DNA of 64,000 nucleotides from Myxococcota bacterium. GTDB lineage: Bacteria > Myxococcota > JACRCW01. Positions 31,091-42,930 of the stretch are shown in pieces; the stretch's first letter is position 1; every line of letters starts with the position of its first letter. The position numbers were made by a program, and so were the translations under genes. Where the stretch lies: assembly GCA_040752415.1 (NCBI GenBank), contig JBFMGU010000010.1, forward strand, positions 1 through 64,000. The letters are read 5' to 3'. The notes under the pieces were generated by a model. It made no database searches and had not been told where the DNA came from. It saw only the letters and a list, made by a program, of their open reading frames with translations.

Positions 31091-33163
31091 ATGACACGCA
31101 TTCTCGTTGTCGAGGACAGCGCCACGCAGGCCGAGGAGCTGAGATTGATCCTGGAGTCCGAGGGATTCCAGGTTCAAACCGCGAACAGCGCCGAGAGCGC
31201 GGTCGAGCGGCTGCAGGATGGGTTGTTTGACGTGGTGGTCTCGGACATCGTCATGCCGGGACGCACGGGCTACGAGCTTTGCCGGGAGCTGAAGTCGGAT
31301 CCCCGGTACAAGGACCTGCCGGTGCTCCTGTTGACGACGTTGTCGGATCCCATGGACATCATCCAGGGACTGGAGTCCGGCGCCGACAACTTCCTGACCA
31401 AGCCCTGTGAACCGCGGAACCTCGTCGGGCGAATCCGTACGATCGTGGAGAACAAACGGCTCCGCGTGGCGGGGAAGCTCAAGGTTGGCGTTGAAGTCCT
31501 GTTCATGGGGCGCAAGTTCATCATCGGGTCGGACAAGGAGCAGATCCTCGACCTGCTGGTGTCCACGTTTGAAGACACGGTGCGCACGAACCGTGAGCTC
31601 CAGTCGAGCCAACGCGAGCTGGCCGCGGCGAAGGCGAAGCTTGAGGACTATGCACGCCAGCTGGAGCACCGGGCGAAAACGAGCGAAGCCAACTTCCGGA
31701 CGCTGGTCGAGTCCATGGATGACATGATCTTCACGCTGGACCGCGAGCAACGCTACACGGGCGTGTTTGGCCGCTGGTTGGCAAAGGAGGGGCACAGTCG
31801 TGAGCAGTACCTGGGCAGGAGCGCGCGGGAGCTGCTGGGCGGTGAGGCCGCCGTTGTTCATGAAGCTGCCAATGAGCGGGCGCTGCGGGGTGAACGCGTC
31901 GTGTACGAATGGAGCGACGGCGCGAACGAGGAGGTCCGTCACTTCCAGACCGCCCTCTCGCCGCTTCGCGATGAGACTGGCCAGGTGATGGGTCTGGTGG
32001 GCGTGGGTCGCGAGCTCACCGAGCAGAAGAGGCTCCAGTCTCACCTCATGGTCTCCGACCGCATGGCATCCGTGGGGACGCTTGCCGCCGGCGTCGCCCA
32101 CGAAATCAACAATCCCCTGGCCTCCGTGATCGCGAACCTGGACCTGGCGATCGGCGACGCACATGGTCTCGCGGCCCGAATTGGTAGCCTGGGTGAGCTC
32201 ACGGACGAGCTTCGCGATGCTCGCGACGCCGCGGAGCGGGTCCGCGAGATCGTCAGGGACCTGAGGATCTTCTCACGGGCGGAGGAGGACAAGCGCGGTC
32301 CGGTCGACGTGCACCGTGTGATGGAGTCCACCATCCGCATGGCGTGGAATGAGATCCGTCACCGCGCGCGGCTGGTGCGAGCGTACGGCGATGTTCCTCC
32401 CGTCGACGCGAACGATTCCCGTCTTGGTCAGGTGTTCCTGAACCTGATCATCAACGCGGCCCAGGCCATTGGCGAGGGGCACGCGGACACGAACAGGATT
32501 GTGGTCACGACGCGCCAGGATGGAGCAGGTCGGGTCCTTGTCCAGGTCACCGACTCGGGGGCTGGTATCCCGCCGGAGGCGCTGCGCCACCTGTTCACCC
32601 CCTTCTACACGACGAAGCCGGCGAGCCTGGGGACGGGGCTTGGGCTGTCCATCTGCCAGCGGATTGTCACGGGGTTTGGCGGTGAAATCTCCGTCGAGAG
32701 CCACATGGGGCACGGTACCACCTTCACCGTTGCGCTGCCGGTTGCCACGGCGTTGAGCGAGGGGGTGCCGGCTCCCGCGAAACCGCTCAGAGCCATCCGG
32801 AGGGGCCGAGTTCTCATCATTGATGACGAGCCCATGATGGGCCACACCATCCGGCGCACGCTGTCCCCTGAACACGACGTGAGAGTCACCCTGGGCGCTC
32901 GCGACGCCCTGGAGCTCATTACGAAGGGAGAGCGCTTTGACGTCATCCTGTGCGACCTGATGATGCCGGAGGTGACGGGGATGGACTTGCACGCGGAGTT
33001 CCTGAGGGCAGCACCGGAGCAGGCGGGACGGATGATCTTCCTGACCGGGGGAGCGTTTACCCCCCGCGCGCGGACCTTCCTGGACCAGGTTGCGAATCAG
33101 CGGCTGGAGAAGCCCTTTGATGCGCAACACCTCCGGGCGATCGTCAATGAACGGGTGCGTTAG
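31091..33163 (+). CDS. Hybrid REC-PAS-HisKA-HATPase-REC protein, probable output of the chemosensory system
   Basis: N-terminal REC; AHEINNPL H-box; NLIINAAQA; GTGLGL; C-terminal REC. Confidence 0.92.
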   Translation: MTRILVVEDSATQAEELRLILESEGFQVQTANSAESAVERLQDGLFDVVVSDIVMPGRTGYELCRELKSDPRYKDLPVLLLTTLSDPMDIIQGLESGADNFLTKPCEPRNLVGRIRTIVENKRLRVAGKLKVGVEVLFMGRKFIIGSDKEQILDLLVSTFEDTVRTNRELQSSQRELAAAKAKLEDYARQLEHRAKTSEANFRTLVESMDDMIFTLDREQRYTGVFGRWLAKEGHSREQYLGRSARELLGGEAAVVHEAANERALRGERVVYEWSDGANEEVRHFQTALSPLRDETGQVMGLVGVGRELTEQKRLQSHLMVSDRMASVGTLAAGVAHEINNPLASVIANLDLAIGDAHGLAARIGSLGELTDELRDARDAAERVREIVRDLRIFSRAEEDKRGPVDVHRVMESTIRMAWNEIRHRARLVRAYGDVPPVDANDSRLGQVFLNLIINAAQAIGEGHADTNRIVVTTRQDGAGRVLVQVTDSGAGIPPEALRHLFTPFYTTKPASLGTGLGLSICQRIVTGFGGEISVESHMGHGTTFTVALPVATALSEGVPAPAKPLRAIRRGRVLIIDDEPMMGHTIRRTLSPEHDVRVTLGARDALELITKGERFDVILCDLMMPEVTGMDLHAEFLRAAPEQAGRMIFLTGGAFTPRARTFLDQVANQRLEKPFDAQHLRAIVNERVR

Positions 33164-33179
33164 CAACGGCGATCCCACG

Positions 33180-35114
33180 CTAAATCTCGATATACGCCCC
33201 CACCTCCACCACACGCTCCGCGGGCAGCCCGAAGAAGCGCGTGGCCCGGGTGGCGTTCCGTGCCATGAGGGCGAACACGTGCTCCCGCCACTTGGCCATC
33301 CCCGGCAGCTCCGAGGCCAGGATGGTCTCATGGCCCAGGAAGAAGGTTGCGCGGCCGAGGTCGATCTGCAGCTCCGGGTAGAGGGAGGCCACGTGGCGCA
33401 GCAGCTCCGGCACGTCGGGATCCTCCATGAACCCGTAGACGCCGGTGACGCGCCACACGCCCCGACCCAGCGGCTCCACCCACGCGCGCTCCGCCAGCTC
33501 CACGTGGGGCGTGTCGTCGGTGCGGATGGTGAGGATCACCACGCGGTCATGCAGGACCCGGAGGTGCCGCGTGGTGTAGGCCAGCGCCAGCGGTACCACG
33601 TCCGGCGTGCTGCTCATGTAGATGGCCGTCCCCGGCACCCGCGAGAGGAAGAGCTCCCGGTGCTCGGCGCGCACCTCATCCATGAACCTCCACAGCGGCG
33701 TGGTCCGTTCCGAGATCCGCCGGGCCAACAGCGTCCGGCCCGTCTTCCACGTGGTCATGAGCGTCAGCACCACCGCCGCCAGCAGCAGCGGGACCCACCC
33801 GCCCTCGGCGATCTTGAAGAGATTCGCGCCGAAGAAGGCGAGGTCGGCGACGAGGAATACCGCCGTCACCAAGGTGGCGAGCGCGAACGGCCATCCCCAG
33901 CGCCGGTGCACCACCCGGTACGCCAGGACCGTGGTGATGCTCATCGTCGACGTCACGGCGATGCCGTAGGCGGCGGCGAGCGCGCTTGAGCTCTGGAAGG
34001 CCAGCACCATGCCCACCGTGGCGAGCATCAGCGCCCAGTTCACCGCGGGCATGTAGATCTGGCCAACCTCCCGTGACGAGGTGTGCTCGATCTTCAGGCG
34101 CGGCAGGTAGCCCATCATCACCGCCTGACGGGACAACGAGAAGGCGCCGGAGATCACCGCCTGGGAGGCGATCACGGTGGCGCAGGTGGAAAGCACCACG
34201 AGCGGGACCAGCGACCACGACGGCGCGCTGCGGAAGAAGAGGTTCTCGACGGCGGAGGGGTCACGGACGGCCAGCGCGCCCTGGCCGAAGTAGTTGAGCA
34301 GCAACGCGGGCAGGACCAGGAAGAACCAGGCAATCCGGATGGGACGGGTGCCGAAGTGCCCCAGGTCCGCGTAGATGGCCTCCGCGCCGGTGACCACCAG
34401 GAACACCGCGCCCAGCACCACGAACCCCGCCCGCCCGTTGTCGACGAAGAAGCGCACCGCCCAGATGGGATTGAGCGCCACCAGCACCCTGGGCTCCTGG
34501 AGGATCTGGTAGACGCCGATGGTGGCCAGGGCGAGGAACCAGATGGCGGTGATGGGGCCGAACACCGCGCCCACGGCCCGGGTGCCATGGCGCTGCAGCC
34601 AGAAGAGGCCCACCAGCACCGCCACGGTCACCGGCAGCACGAAGGGGCGCAACGAGGGCGCAATGACCTCCAAACCCTCCACGGCGCTGAGCACCGAGAT
34701 GGCGGGGGTGATCATGCCGTCGCCGTAGAGGAGCGCCGCACCGAACAGTCCCACGAGGACCAGCGGCTTTCCCCACCGGTCCGGCTGCTTCTCGCGGCTG
34801 GGCACCGCCAGCGCGGTCAAGGCCAGGATGCCGCCCTCCCCGTGATGGTCGGCGCGCAGCACGTAGGCCAGGTACTTCACGCTGACCACCAGCACCAGCG
34901 ACCAGACGATCAGCGAGAGCACGCCGAGGACATTCAGCGTGGTGGCATGCACCGAGTGTGCGCCGTGGAAGCACTCACGGATGGCATACAGCGGGCTGGT
35001 GCCTATGTCGCCAAAGACGATGCCGAGCGCGGCGAGGGAGAGCGCGGCAAGCCCGCCATGGCGCGGGGTCAGGCCGATGGCGGCGCCGGGAATCCCGGAA
35101 TCTGGGTGCGCCAT
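33180..35114 (-). CDS. kup: Potassium transporter Kup
   Basis: GIVFGDIGTSPLYA, GEGGILAL, DGMITPAISVLSAVEG, GAEAIYADLGHFG; AGGAG RBS before ATG 35114. Confidence 0.96.
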   Translation of the reverse strand: MAHPDSGIPGAAIGLTPRHGGLAALSLAALGIVFGDIGTSPLYAIRECFHGAHSVHATTLNVLGVLSLIVWSLVLVVSVKYLAYVLRADHHGEGGILALTALAVPSREKQPDRWGKPLVLVGLFGAALLYGDGMITPAISVLSAVEGLEVIAPSLRPFVLPVTVAVLVGLFWLQRHGTRAVGAVFGPITAIWFLALATIGVYQILQEPRVLVALNPIWAVRFFVDNGRAGFVVLGAVFLVVTGAEAIYADLGHFGTRPIRIAWFFLVLPALLLNYFGQGALAVRDPSAVENLFFRSAPSWSLVPLVVLSTCATVIASQAVISGAFSLSRQAVMMGYLPRLKIEHTSSREVGQIYMPAVNWALMLATVGMVLAFQSSSALAAAYGIAVTSTMSITTVLAYRVVHRRWGWPFALATLVTAVFLVADLAFFGANLFKIAEGGWVPLLLAAVVLTLMTTWKTGRTLLARRISERTTPLWRFMDEVRAEHRELFLSRVPGTAIYMSSTPDVVPLALAYTTRHLRVLHDRVVILTIRTDDTPHVELAERAWVEPLGRGVWRVTGVYGFMEDPDVPELLRHVASLYPELQIDLGRATFFLGHETILASELPGMAKWREHVFALMARNATRATRFFGLPAERVVEVGAYIEI

Positions 35115-35460
35115 TGCGGGCTCCTGAGAGTACGTTCCGTTCCCTCGAGGGCGAATCAAGCGCGGCCGCCATGGAAGGCTAACTCTTCCGGGGAGCGCGC
35201 GGTCAGTGCGTGGGATGTCCATGCTCGGCCTTGCGTTGGCCCTCACGGCGTGGCGCAGGAGGTCCCCCGCTCCTGTCGCGTAGCGGGGCGAAGACGCCGC
35301 GGTTCTGGACGACAAGGCGTGACGAAGGATGTCCGCGGCACCCCGGCGCATGCATGGCGCGGGGAACTGCCGCGACATCGGGGCACGCCTTCCACGGAAG
35401 AAGCTGACAGGTTGGGGCTCGAAGCCTAACTCCCGTGGGAAGGTCAGCGCGGAGTGGGCC

Positions 35461-38250
35461 TTGGAGATCCATGCGCAGGCGGGCGTCCTCGACGTGGCGC
35501 GGGGCCTGGTGAGCGAGCTTCGCGGACCCCGGGCTGCGCTTCACCTCGGGCCGGGGGATGCGCTGGAGGCCGACCTCGGGCTGGGCAGCCTCGAGCGGGT
35601 GGAGCTGCTGCTGAGACTGGAGCAGGCATTCCACGTGGCGCTCTCCGAGGACGCCGTGGCCACTGCTCGCACGCTGCAGGACCTCGCGCGCGCCGTGGAG
35701 GCCGCCCACCCGACGACGCCGGCGCCCACCCCCGTGCCGTGGGCGGCCCCGGCGGTTGCAGCGGCACCACCCGACCCGGTGTCGACGCTGGTGGAGGTTC
35801 TGAGCTGGCACGCCCAGGCGCATCCCGAGCAGCCACACCTGCTGCTGTGCGGAGCGGACGGCAAACCAGCTCCCATGTCCTACGGTGAGCTGTGGGCTGC
35901 CACGACGGAGCTGGCCGGGGGCCTCCAGGCCTCGGGTGTCCAGCCGGGTCAGACCGTGGGCCTGATGCTGCGCACGGAGGCGGCGTTCTTCCCGGCGTTC
36001 CTCGGTGCGCTGCTGGTTGGCGGCGTGCCGGTGCCCATCTATCCGCCATTCCGCGCGGACCAGGTCGAAGATTACGTGCGGCGACAGGTCCTGATCCTGC
36101 GCAACGCGCAGGCGCGCTGCCTGGTGACCTTTCCGGAAGCGGAGCGCGTGGCGCGTTGGCTCCGACTCCAGCTCCCGCACCTGGCGGAGGTGACCACCGC
36201 CGAGAGTCTGCGTACGCGCGGCGCCCGGGTCCTTCCCGTTGTGCGTCAGCCCCACGATCCCGCGCTCATCCAGTACACCTCCGGCAGCACCGGCAACCCC
36301 AAGGGCGTCCTGCTGACCCACGCCAACCTGATCACCAACATCCGCGCCATCGGAGCGGGCCTGGACATCCGTCCTGACGACGTCGCGGTGAGTTGGCTGC
36401 CGCTCTACCACGACATGGGGCTCATCGGGAGCTGGTTGACTTCGCTGTACTTCGGAATTCCGCTCGTGCTGCTATCGCCCTTGACGTTCCTGGCACGTCC
36501 GGTGAGCTGGCTGCGGGTGATCCACGCCCACCACGGGACGCTCTCCGCGGCGCCCAACTTCGCGTTCGATCTCTGCGCGCGCAAGATCGCCGACGAGGAG
36601 CTGACGGGATTGGACCTGGGGAGCTGGCGCGTGGCGCTCAACGGCTCGGAAGCGGTGTTGCCGGAGACCCTGGAGCGGTTCACGCGTCGCTTCACTCCGT
36701 ATGGTTTCCGCGCGCGTGCCATGTTCCCCGTCTACGGGTTGGCGGAGTGCTCCGTGGCGCTGACGTTTCCGCCGTTGGACCGCGGACCCCGCGTTGACGA
36801 GGTGGACCGTGAGCAGCTCCAGCGCCACGGCCACGCGTTGCCGAGCAGGACGGGAGATGTCCGTGCGCAGCGTTTCGTCTCTTGTGGCACGGCCCTCCCC
36901 GGCCACCAGGTCCGCGTGGTGGATGAGCGCGACGTGCCGCTGGCCGAGCGGCGGGAGGGCTGCATCCAGTTCCGCGGTCCGTCGGTCACGCAGGGCTACC
37001 ACCGCAACCCGGAAGCAACGCACGCCGCTTTCCACGACGGATGGATGGACTCCGGCGACCTCGGCTACCTGGCCGACGGGGAGCTCTATGTCACCGGCCG
37101 GCGCAAGGACCTGATCATCAAGGCCGGGCGGAACCTCCATCCGCAGGAGGTCGAGGAGGTGGTGGGCGGGATCCCGGGCATCCGCAAGGGCTGTGTTGCG
37201 GCCTTCGGCGTGGTCGACCCGGCACTGGGCACGGAGCGTTTCGTGGTGGTGGCGGAGACATCCGAGCCGTCCGCGGCGCAGCGGCAGCGCCTGCGGGACT
37301 CCGCGGTCCAGCAGGTGCTGCGGCAGGTGGGCGTGCCACCCGACGTCGTGGTGCTGGTTCCGCCCCGCACGATCCCGAAGACCTCCAGCGGCAAGCTCCG
37401 TCGGCGCGCTGCGCAGGAGATGTACACCGCGGGCGACCTGACCCGTCCCCGGCGTCCGGTGCGGGTGCAGGTGCTGCGCGTGGTTGAGCACGCTCTTCGG
37501 GCGTGGGCCAGGCGCTTCCTTCGTCGGTCATTAGGGCTGGCCTATGCGGCCTACGCGGGCATCCTCCTGCTGCTGCTGTTGCCGTTGTTGCGCGGGCTCC
37601 TGCTGGTGACGCCCGCGGGGCCACGCGCCGACCACCTCGTGCGGCGGTGGTGCCGCCTTCTCCTTGCGCTCGCCGGATGCCCCATCCGCGTCACCGGACT
37701 GGAGCACCTCCGCGGAGGCGGACCGCTGGTGCTCGTGGCCAACCATGTCAGCTACCTGGATGCGCTGGTGCTGCTGGCGGTGCTGCCGCTGGACCTGCGT
37801 GCCGTGGCCCGGGGCGAGGTCGCGCGGTGGCCGGTGGTCGGCGCGTCCATCCGACGGGCAGGTCACCTGGTGGTCAGTGCCGACCCGCGGTCCCGGCTGG
37901 AGACCGTGGCTCAAGCTACCGGTGCGCTCGCAGCGGGCTCGTCGGTGCTCCTCTTCCCGGAGGGGCGACGCGGACCAGGCGACGAGCTCCTGCCGTTCCA
38001 GCTCGGCGCGTTCCGGGTTGCGGTGGATGCCCGCAGGCCCGTGGGGCCGATCTGGATCCGTGGAACCGAGCGCGCGCTGCCGCTGGGGAGCTGGTGTCCG
38101 CGCCCAGCCAGCATCACGGTGGAAGTCGGCGCGCCCCTGCCCGTCTCGGGCGCGGGATGGCCCGAGATGGTGCGCCTGCGCGACGAGGCGCGGGGACGCA
38201 TCCGCGCGGGCCTGGAGCAGGCAGGGCCGGACGCATCCGCTCCTGCGTGA
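35461..38250 (+). CDS. ACP - fatty acyl-AMP ligase - PlsC-type acyltransferase fusion
   Basis: DLGLGSLERVEL (ACP); QYTSGSTGNPKG, WLPLYHDMGLIG, YGLAE, PKTSSGK (FAAL); NHVSYLD and FPEG (PlsC). TTG 35461 start inferred from a GGAG RBS; frame is open from 35329. Confidence 0.88.
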   Translation: MEIHAQAGVLDVARGLVSELRGPRAALHLGPGDALEADLGLGSLERVELLLRLEQAFHVALSEDAVATARTLQDLARAVEAAHPTTPAPTPVPWAAPAVAAAPPDPVSTLVEVLSWHAQAHPEQPHLLLCGADGKPAPMSYGELWAATTELAGGLQASGVQPGQTVGLMLRTEAAFFPAFLGALLVGGVPVPIYPPFRADQVEDYVRRQVLILRNAQARCLVTFPEAERVARWLRLQLPHLAEVTTAESLRTRGARVLPVVRQPHDPALIQYTSGSTGNPKGVLLTHANLITNIRAIGAGLDIRPDDVAVSWLPLYHDMGLIGSWLTSLYFGIPLVLLSPLTFLARPVSWLRVIHAHHGTLSAAPNFAFDLCARKIADEELTGLDLGSWRVALNGSEAVLPETLERFTRRFTPYGFRARAMFPVYGLAECSVALTFPPLDRGPRVDEVDREQLQRHGHALPSRTGDVRAQRFVSCGTALPGHQVRVVDERDVPLAERREGCIQFRGPSVTQGYHRNPEATHAAFHDGWMDSGDLGYLADGELYVTGRRKDLIIKAGRNLHPQEVEEVVGGIPGIRKGCVAAFGVVDPALGTERFVVVAETSEPSAAQRQRLRDSAVQQVLRQVGVPPDVVVLVPPRTIPKTSSGKLRRRAAQEMYTAGDLTRPRRPVRVQVLRVVEHALRAWARRFLRRSLGLAYAAYAGILLLLLLPLLRGLLLVTPAGPRADHLVRRWCRLLLALAGCPIRVTGLEHLRGGGPLVLVANHVSYLDALVLLAVLPLDLRAVARGEVARWPVVGASIRRAGHLVVSADPRSRLETVAQATGALAAGSSVLLFPEGRRGPGDELLPFQLGAFRVAVDARRPVGPIWIRGTERALPLGSWCPRPASITVEVGAPLPVSGAGWPEMVRLRDEARGRIRAGLEQAGPDASAPA

Positions 38251-38300
38251 TGGTGTGAGGAGGCTGCGCCAGGACAATTGCCCATGGGGTTTGTGACCGC

Positions 38301-38510
38301 CTCAAGCGGACCACAACCTGGAGTGCGGCGAGCCCTCGCCGCCCTGGCCAGCGCCGAGCGGGTGGCTCTCTCGTCAACGGTCGACGCTCACGGAGACGTC
38401 GACGCCCCCGTGGTCGACCCAGTCAAGGCCCGTTCCACCCGTTGAGAACGCGCTCGGCGCTGGCCAGGGCGGCGAGGGCCCGCCGCACTCCAGGTTGTGG
38501 TCCGCTTGAG
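38301..38510. repeat. 60-bp inverted repeat with 90-nt spacer, REPIN-like element
   Basis: Arms 38301-38360 and 38451-38510 match at 59/60; the left arm contains GGAGT-GCGGCGAG-CC-CTCGCCGC, a REP-like palindrome mirrored (one mismatch) in the right arm. Confidence 0.85.
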
Positions 38511-38814
38511 TCACTCTCTCACACGCTTCGCGGGACTTCGCGACGCTGAGGAAAACCATCGTCATGGTTTCGGGGTGGGCACGGAGGAGGTGCGAGGGCT
38601 CAGGACAAGATGGCGAATCTGGTCCTCAACGTCGTCCAGCATCCCACCATCACGTCCCCCACTGTTGACCGACCCCAAACCGTGGACGCGGACACCGGCC
38701 AGCGCGGTGCGCAGCCCGTCAGCCCGGGGCATGCCCAGGGAGCCATGGCCGGTAGAACCAGGGGCGCAGCGCGACACCAACAATGCTCCATCCAAGGGAA
38801 GGAGCGCCAGCGCG

Positions 38815-40770
38815 ATGTTCCTCGACGTTGAACGCCACGGGCCCTTCGTCCTCGATCCCACCTTCCTCGAGCGCTACCGCCAGCGTCCGGTCGAGTGGGG
38901 TTTCGGCGCGCTGTCCTGGGTGACGTACCGGCGGACCTACAGCCGGGACGGCGAGCAGTGGTGGCAGACGTGTCGTCGGGTGATCGAAGGAATGTTCACC
39001 ATCCAGCGGGTCCACTGCCTGCAGCACGGGCTGCGTTGGGACGCGCACAAGGCCCGCGCCTTCGCGGAGGACGCCTATGACCGGCTATGGTCATTCAAGT
39101 GGACGCCGCCCGGACGCGGCCTGTGGATCATGGGCACGCGCTTCGTCTACGAGCGGGGGGCCGCCGCGCTGAACAACTGCGGCTTCGTTTCCACGCGCAA
39201 CATCGTCGACGCCTATGCGGAGCCCTTTGTGTGGATGCTGGCCATGTCCATGTTGGGGGTGGGCGTGGGGTTTGATGTTCGGGGCAAGGGAACCGTCACC
39301 GTTGTTGCTCCCGTCCGTGGCCCGGAACCCCACACCATTGGTGATAGCCGGGAGGGCTGGTGCGAGGCGACCGCGAGGCTCCTGAATGCCTACGTGGGAA
39401 AGGGCACGCTGCCTGCGCGCTGGGACTACTCCCAGATCAGACCGGCGGGGACGCCGCTGCGGGGCTTCGGCGGTGTGGCCAGCGGGCCCGAACCGCTCCG
39501 GAAGATGCTCGAGAGCCTGGAGCAGCTCCATGACGGGTACCGTCAGCGGCCCGTGGATGCCGCGCTCATCGTCGACACCATGAATGTCATTGGCCGTTGC
39601 GTGGCGGCGGGCGGCTCCCGGCGTTCCGCGCAGCTGGCCCTGGGCGGCGCCGACGACCCGCAGTTCCTGGACCTCAAGCAGGACCGGGAGAAGCTGACGG
39701 CGTGGCGCTGGGTCTCCAACAACTCCGTGGTCGTGCGTGCGGGGACGGACTATCGGGACATGGCGCGCCGCACCGTGGACAACGGTGAGCCCGGCTTCTT
39801 CTGGCTCGAGAACGCACAAGCCTACGGCAGGATGAAGGACCCGCCGAACTGGCTCGACGCCAACGCGGAGGGAAGCAATCCCTGTGTGGAGCAGACCCTG
39901 TGGGACCGCGAGCTGTGCACGTTGGTGGAGACCTACCCCGCGCGGCACGAGAGCGTGGAGGACTACAAGCGCACGCTCACGGTGGCGTACCAGTACGCCA
40001 AGGTCGTGACGCTGGTGCCCACGCCGGACGCGCGCACGAACGTCGTCATGGCACGCAATCGCCGCATCGGTTGCTCGATGACGGGGATTGTGCAGGCCAT
40101 CAACCGGCACGGCTACCGTGCGTTCTTGGGATGGTGCGAAGAAGGCTATCGCCACATCCAGGAGCTGGACCGCGCCTACTCGGATTGGTTGTGCGTTCCC
40201 CGCTCCATCAAGACCACCACGGTGAAACCCTCCGGCACCGTGAGCCTGCTGGCGGGCGCCACACCGGGCGTGCACTGGGATCACGCGCCCTACTACGTGC
40301 GGCGGGTTCGCATCGCCCAGGCGCATCCCCTCGTCGAGATGTGCGCGCGTGCCGGCTACCCCGTGGAGCCCGACCGGTACGCCCCGCAGACCATGGTCAT
40401 TTCATTCCCGGTCCACAGCGCCAACCTGGACCGGCGCAAAGCGGACGTCCCGCTGTGGGAGAAGGTCGACCTCGCGGCCCAGATGCAGCGGTACTGGTCG
40501 GACAACCAGGTGAGCTGCACCGCGGAATTCGACCCCGAGCGGGAGGGGGGTGAGCTGCAGCGGGTCCTCTCCGCCTACGAGGACCGGCTCAAGGCCATGG
40601 TGTTCCTCCCCGCGCGCGGCCACGGCTACGAGCAGCCGCCCTACGAGGAGATGACGCGTGAGCAGTATGTGGAGCAGGTCTCCCGGCTGCGGCCGCTGGA
40701 AGGCGTGCTGGATCACGAGCACGAACTCGAAGCGCGCGGATGCGAGGGCGGGGTGTGCAGCTTCGAGTGA
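38815..40770 (+). CDS. nrdJ: Class II (adenosylcobalamin-dependent) ribonucleotide reductase, monomeric RTPR-like
   Basis: PPGRGLW, ALNNC, NPCVEQ active-site loop, TTVKPSGTVSLLAG, C-terminal CEGGVC; AAGGAG RBS. Confidence 0.92.
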   Translation: MFLDVERHGPFVLDPTFLERYRQRPVEWGFGALSWVTYRRTYSRDGEQWWQTCRRVIEGMFTIQRVHCLQHGLRWDAHKARAFAEDAYDRLWSFKWTPPGRGLWIMGTRFVYERGAAALNNCGFVSTRNIVDAYAEPFVWMLAMSMLGVGVGFDVRGKGTVTVVAPVRGPEPHTIGDSREGWCEATARLLNAYVGKGTLPARWDYSQIRPAGTPLRGFGGVASGPEPLRKMLESLEQLHDGYRQRPVDAALIVDTMNVIGRCVAAGGSRRSAQLALGGADDPQFLDLKQDREKLTAWRWVSNNSVVVRAGTDYRDMARRTVDNGEPGFFWLENAQAYGRMKDPPNWLDANAEGSNPCVEQTLWDRELCTLVETYPARHESVEDYKRTLTVAYQYAKVVTLVPTPDARTNVVMARNRRIGCSMTGIVQAINRHGYRAFLGWCEEGYRHIQELDRAYSDWLCVPRSIKTTTVKPSGTVSLLAGATPGVHWDHAPYYVRRVRIAQAHPLVEMCARAGYPVEPDRYAPQTMVISFPVHSANLDRRKADVPLWEKVDLAAQMQRYWSDNQVSCTAEFDPEREGGELQRVLSAYEDRLKAMVFLPARGHGYEQPPYEEMTREQYVEQVSRLRPLEGVLDHEHELEARGCEGGVCSFE

Positions 40771-42840
<2,070 letters not shown>

Positions 42841-42930
42841 GTGCGCTTTCGTCGGTGCGGCTCTGCAAAGACGACGGAGCCCCTGGAGGCGGGGAGCAGA
42901 ATCAGCTTGGCGCAGAGCAGGCAGCGGGTG

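Noticed and set aside
35115..35460. c-di-AMP (ydaO) riboswitch upstream of kup
   Set aside because: Conserved motifs were not recognised.
38251..38814. Cobalamin riboswitch, NrdR box or retron msr-msd upstream of nrdJ
   Set aside because: No B12-box or NrdR consensus seen by eye and no reverse transcriptase nearby; the hairpin fits a REP doublet better. An Rfam scan would be decisive.
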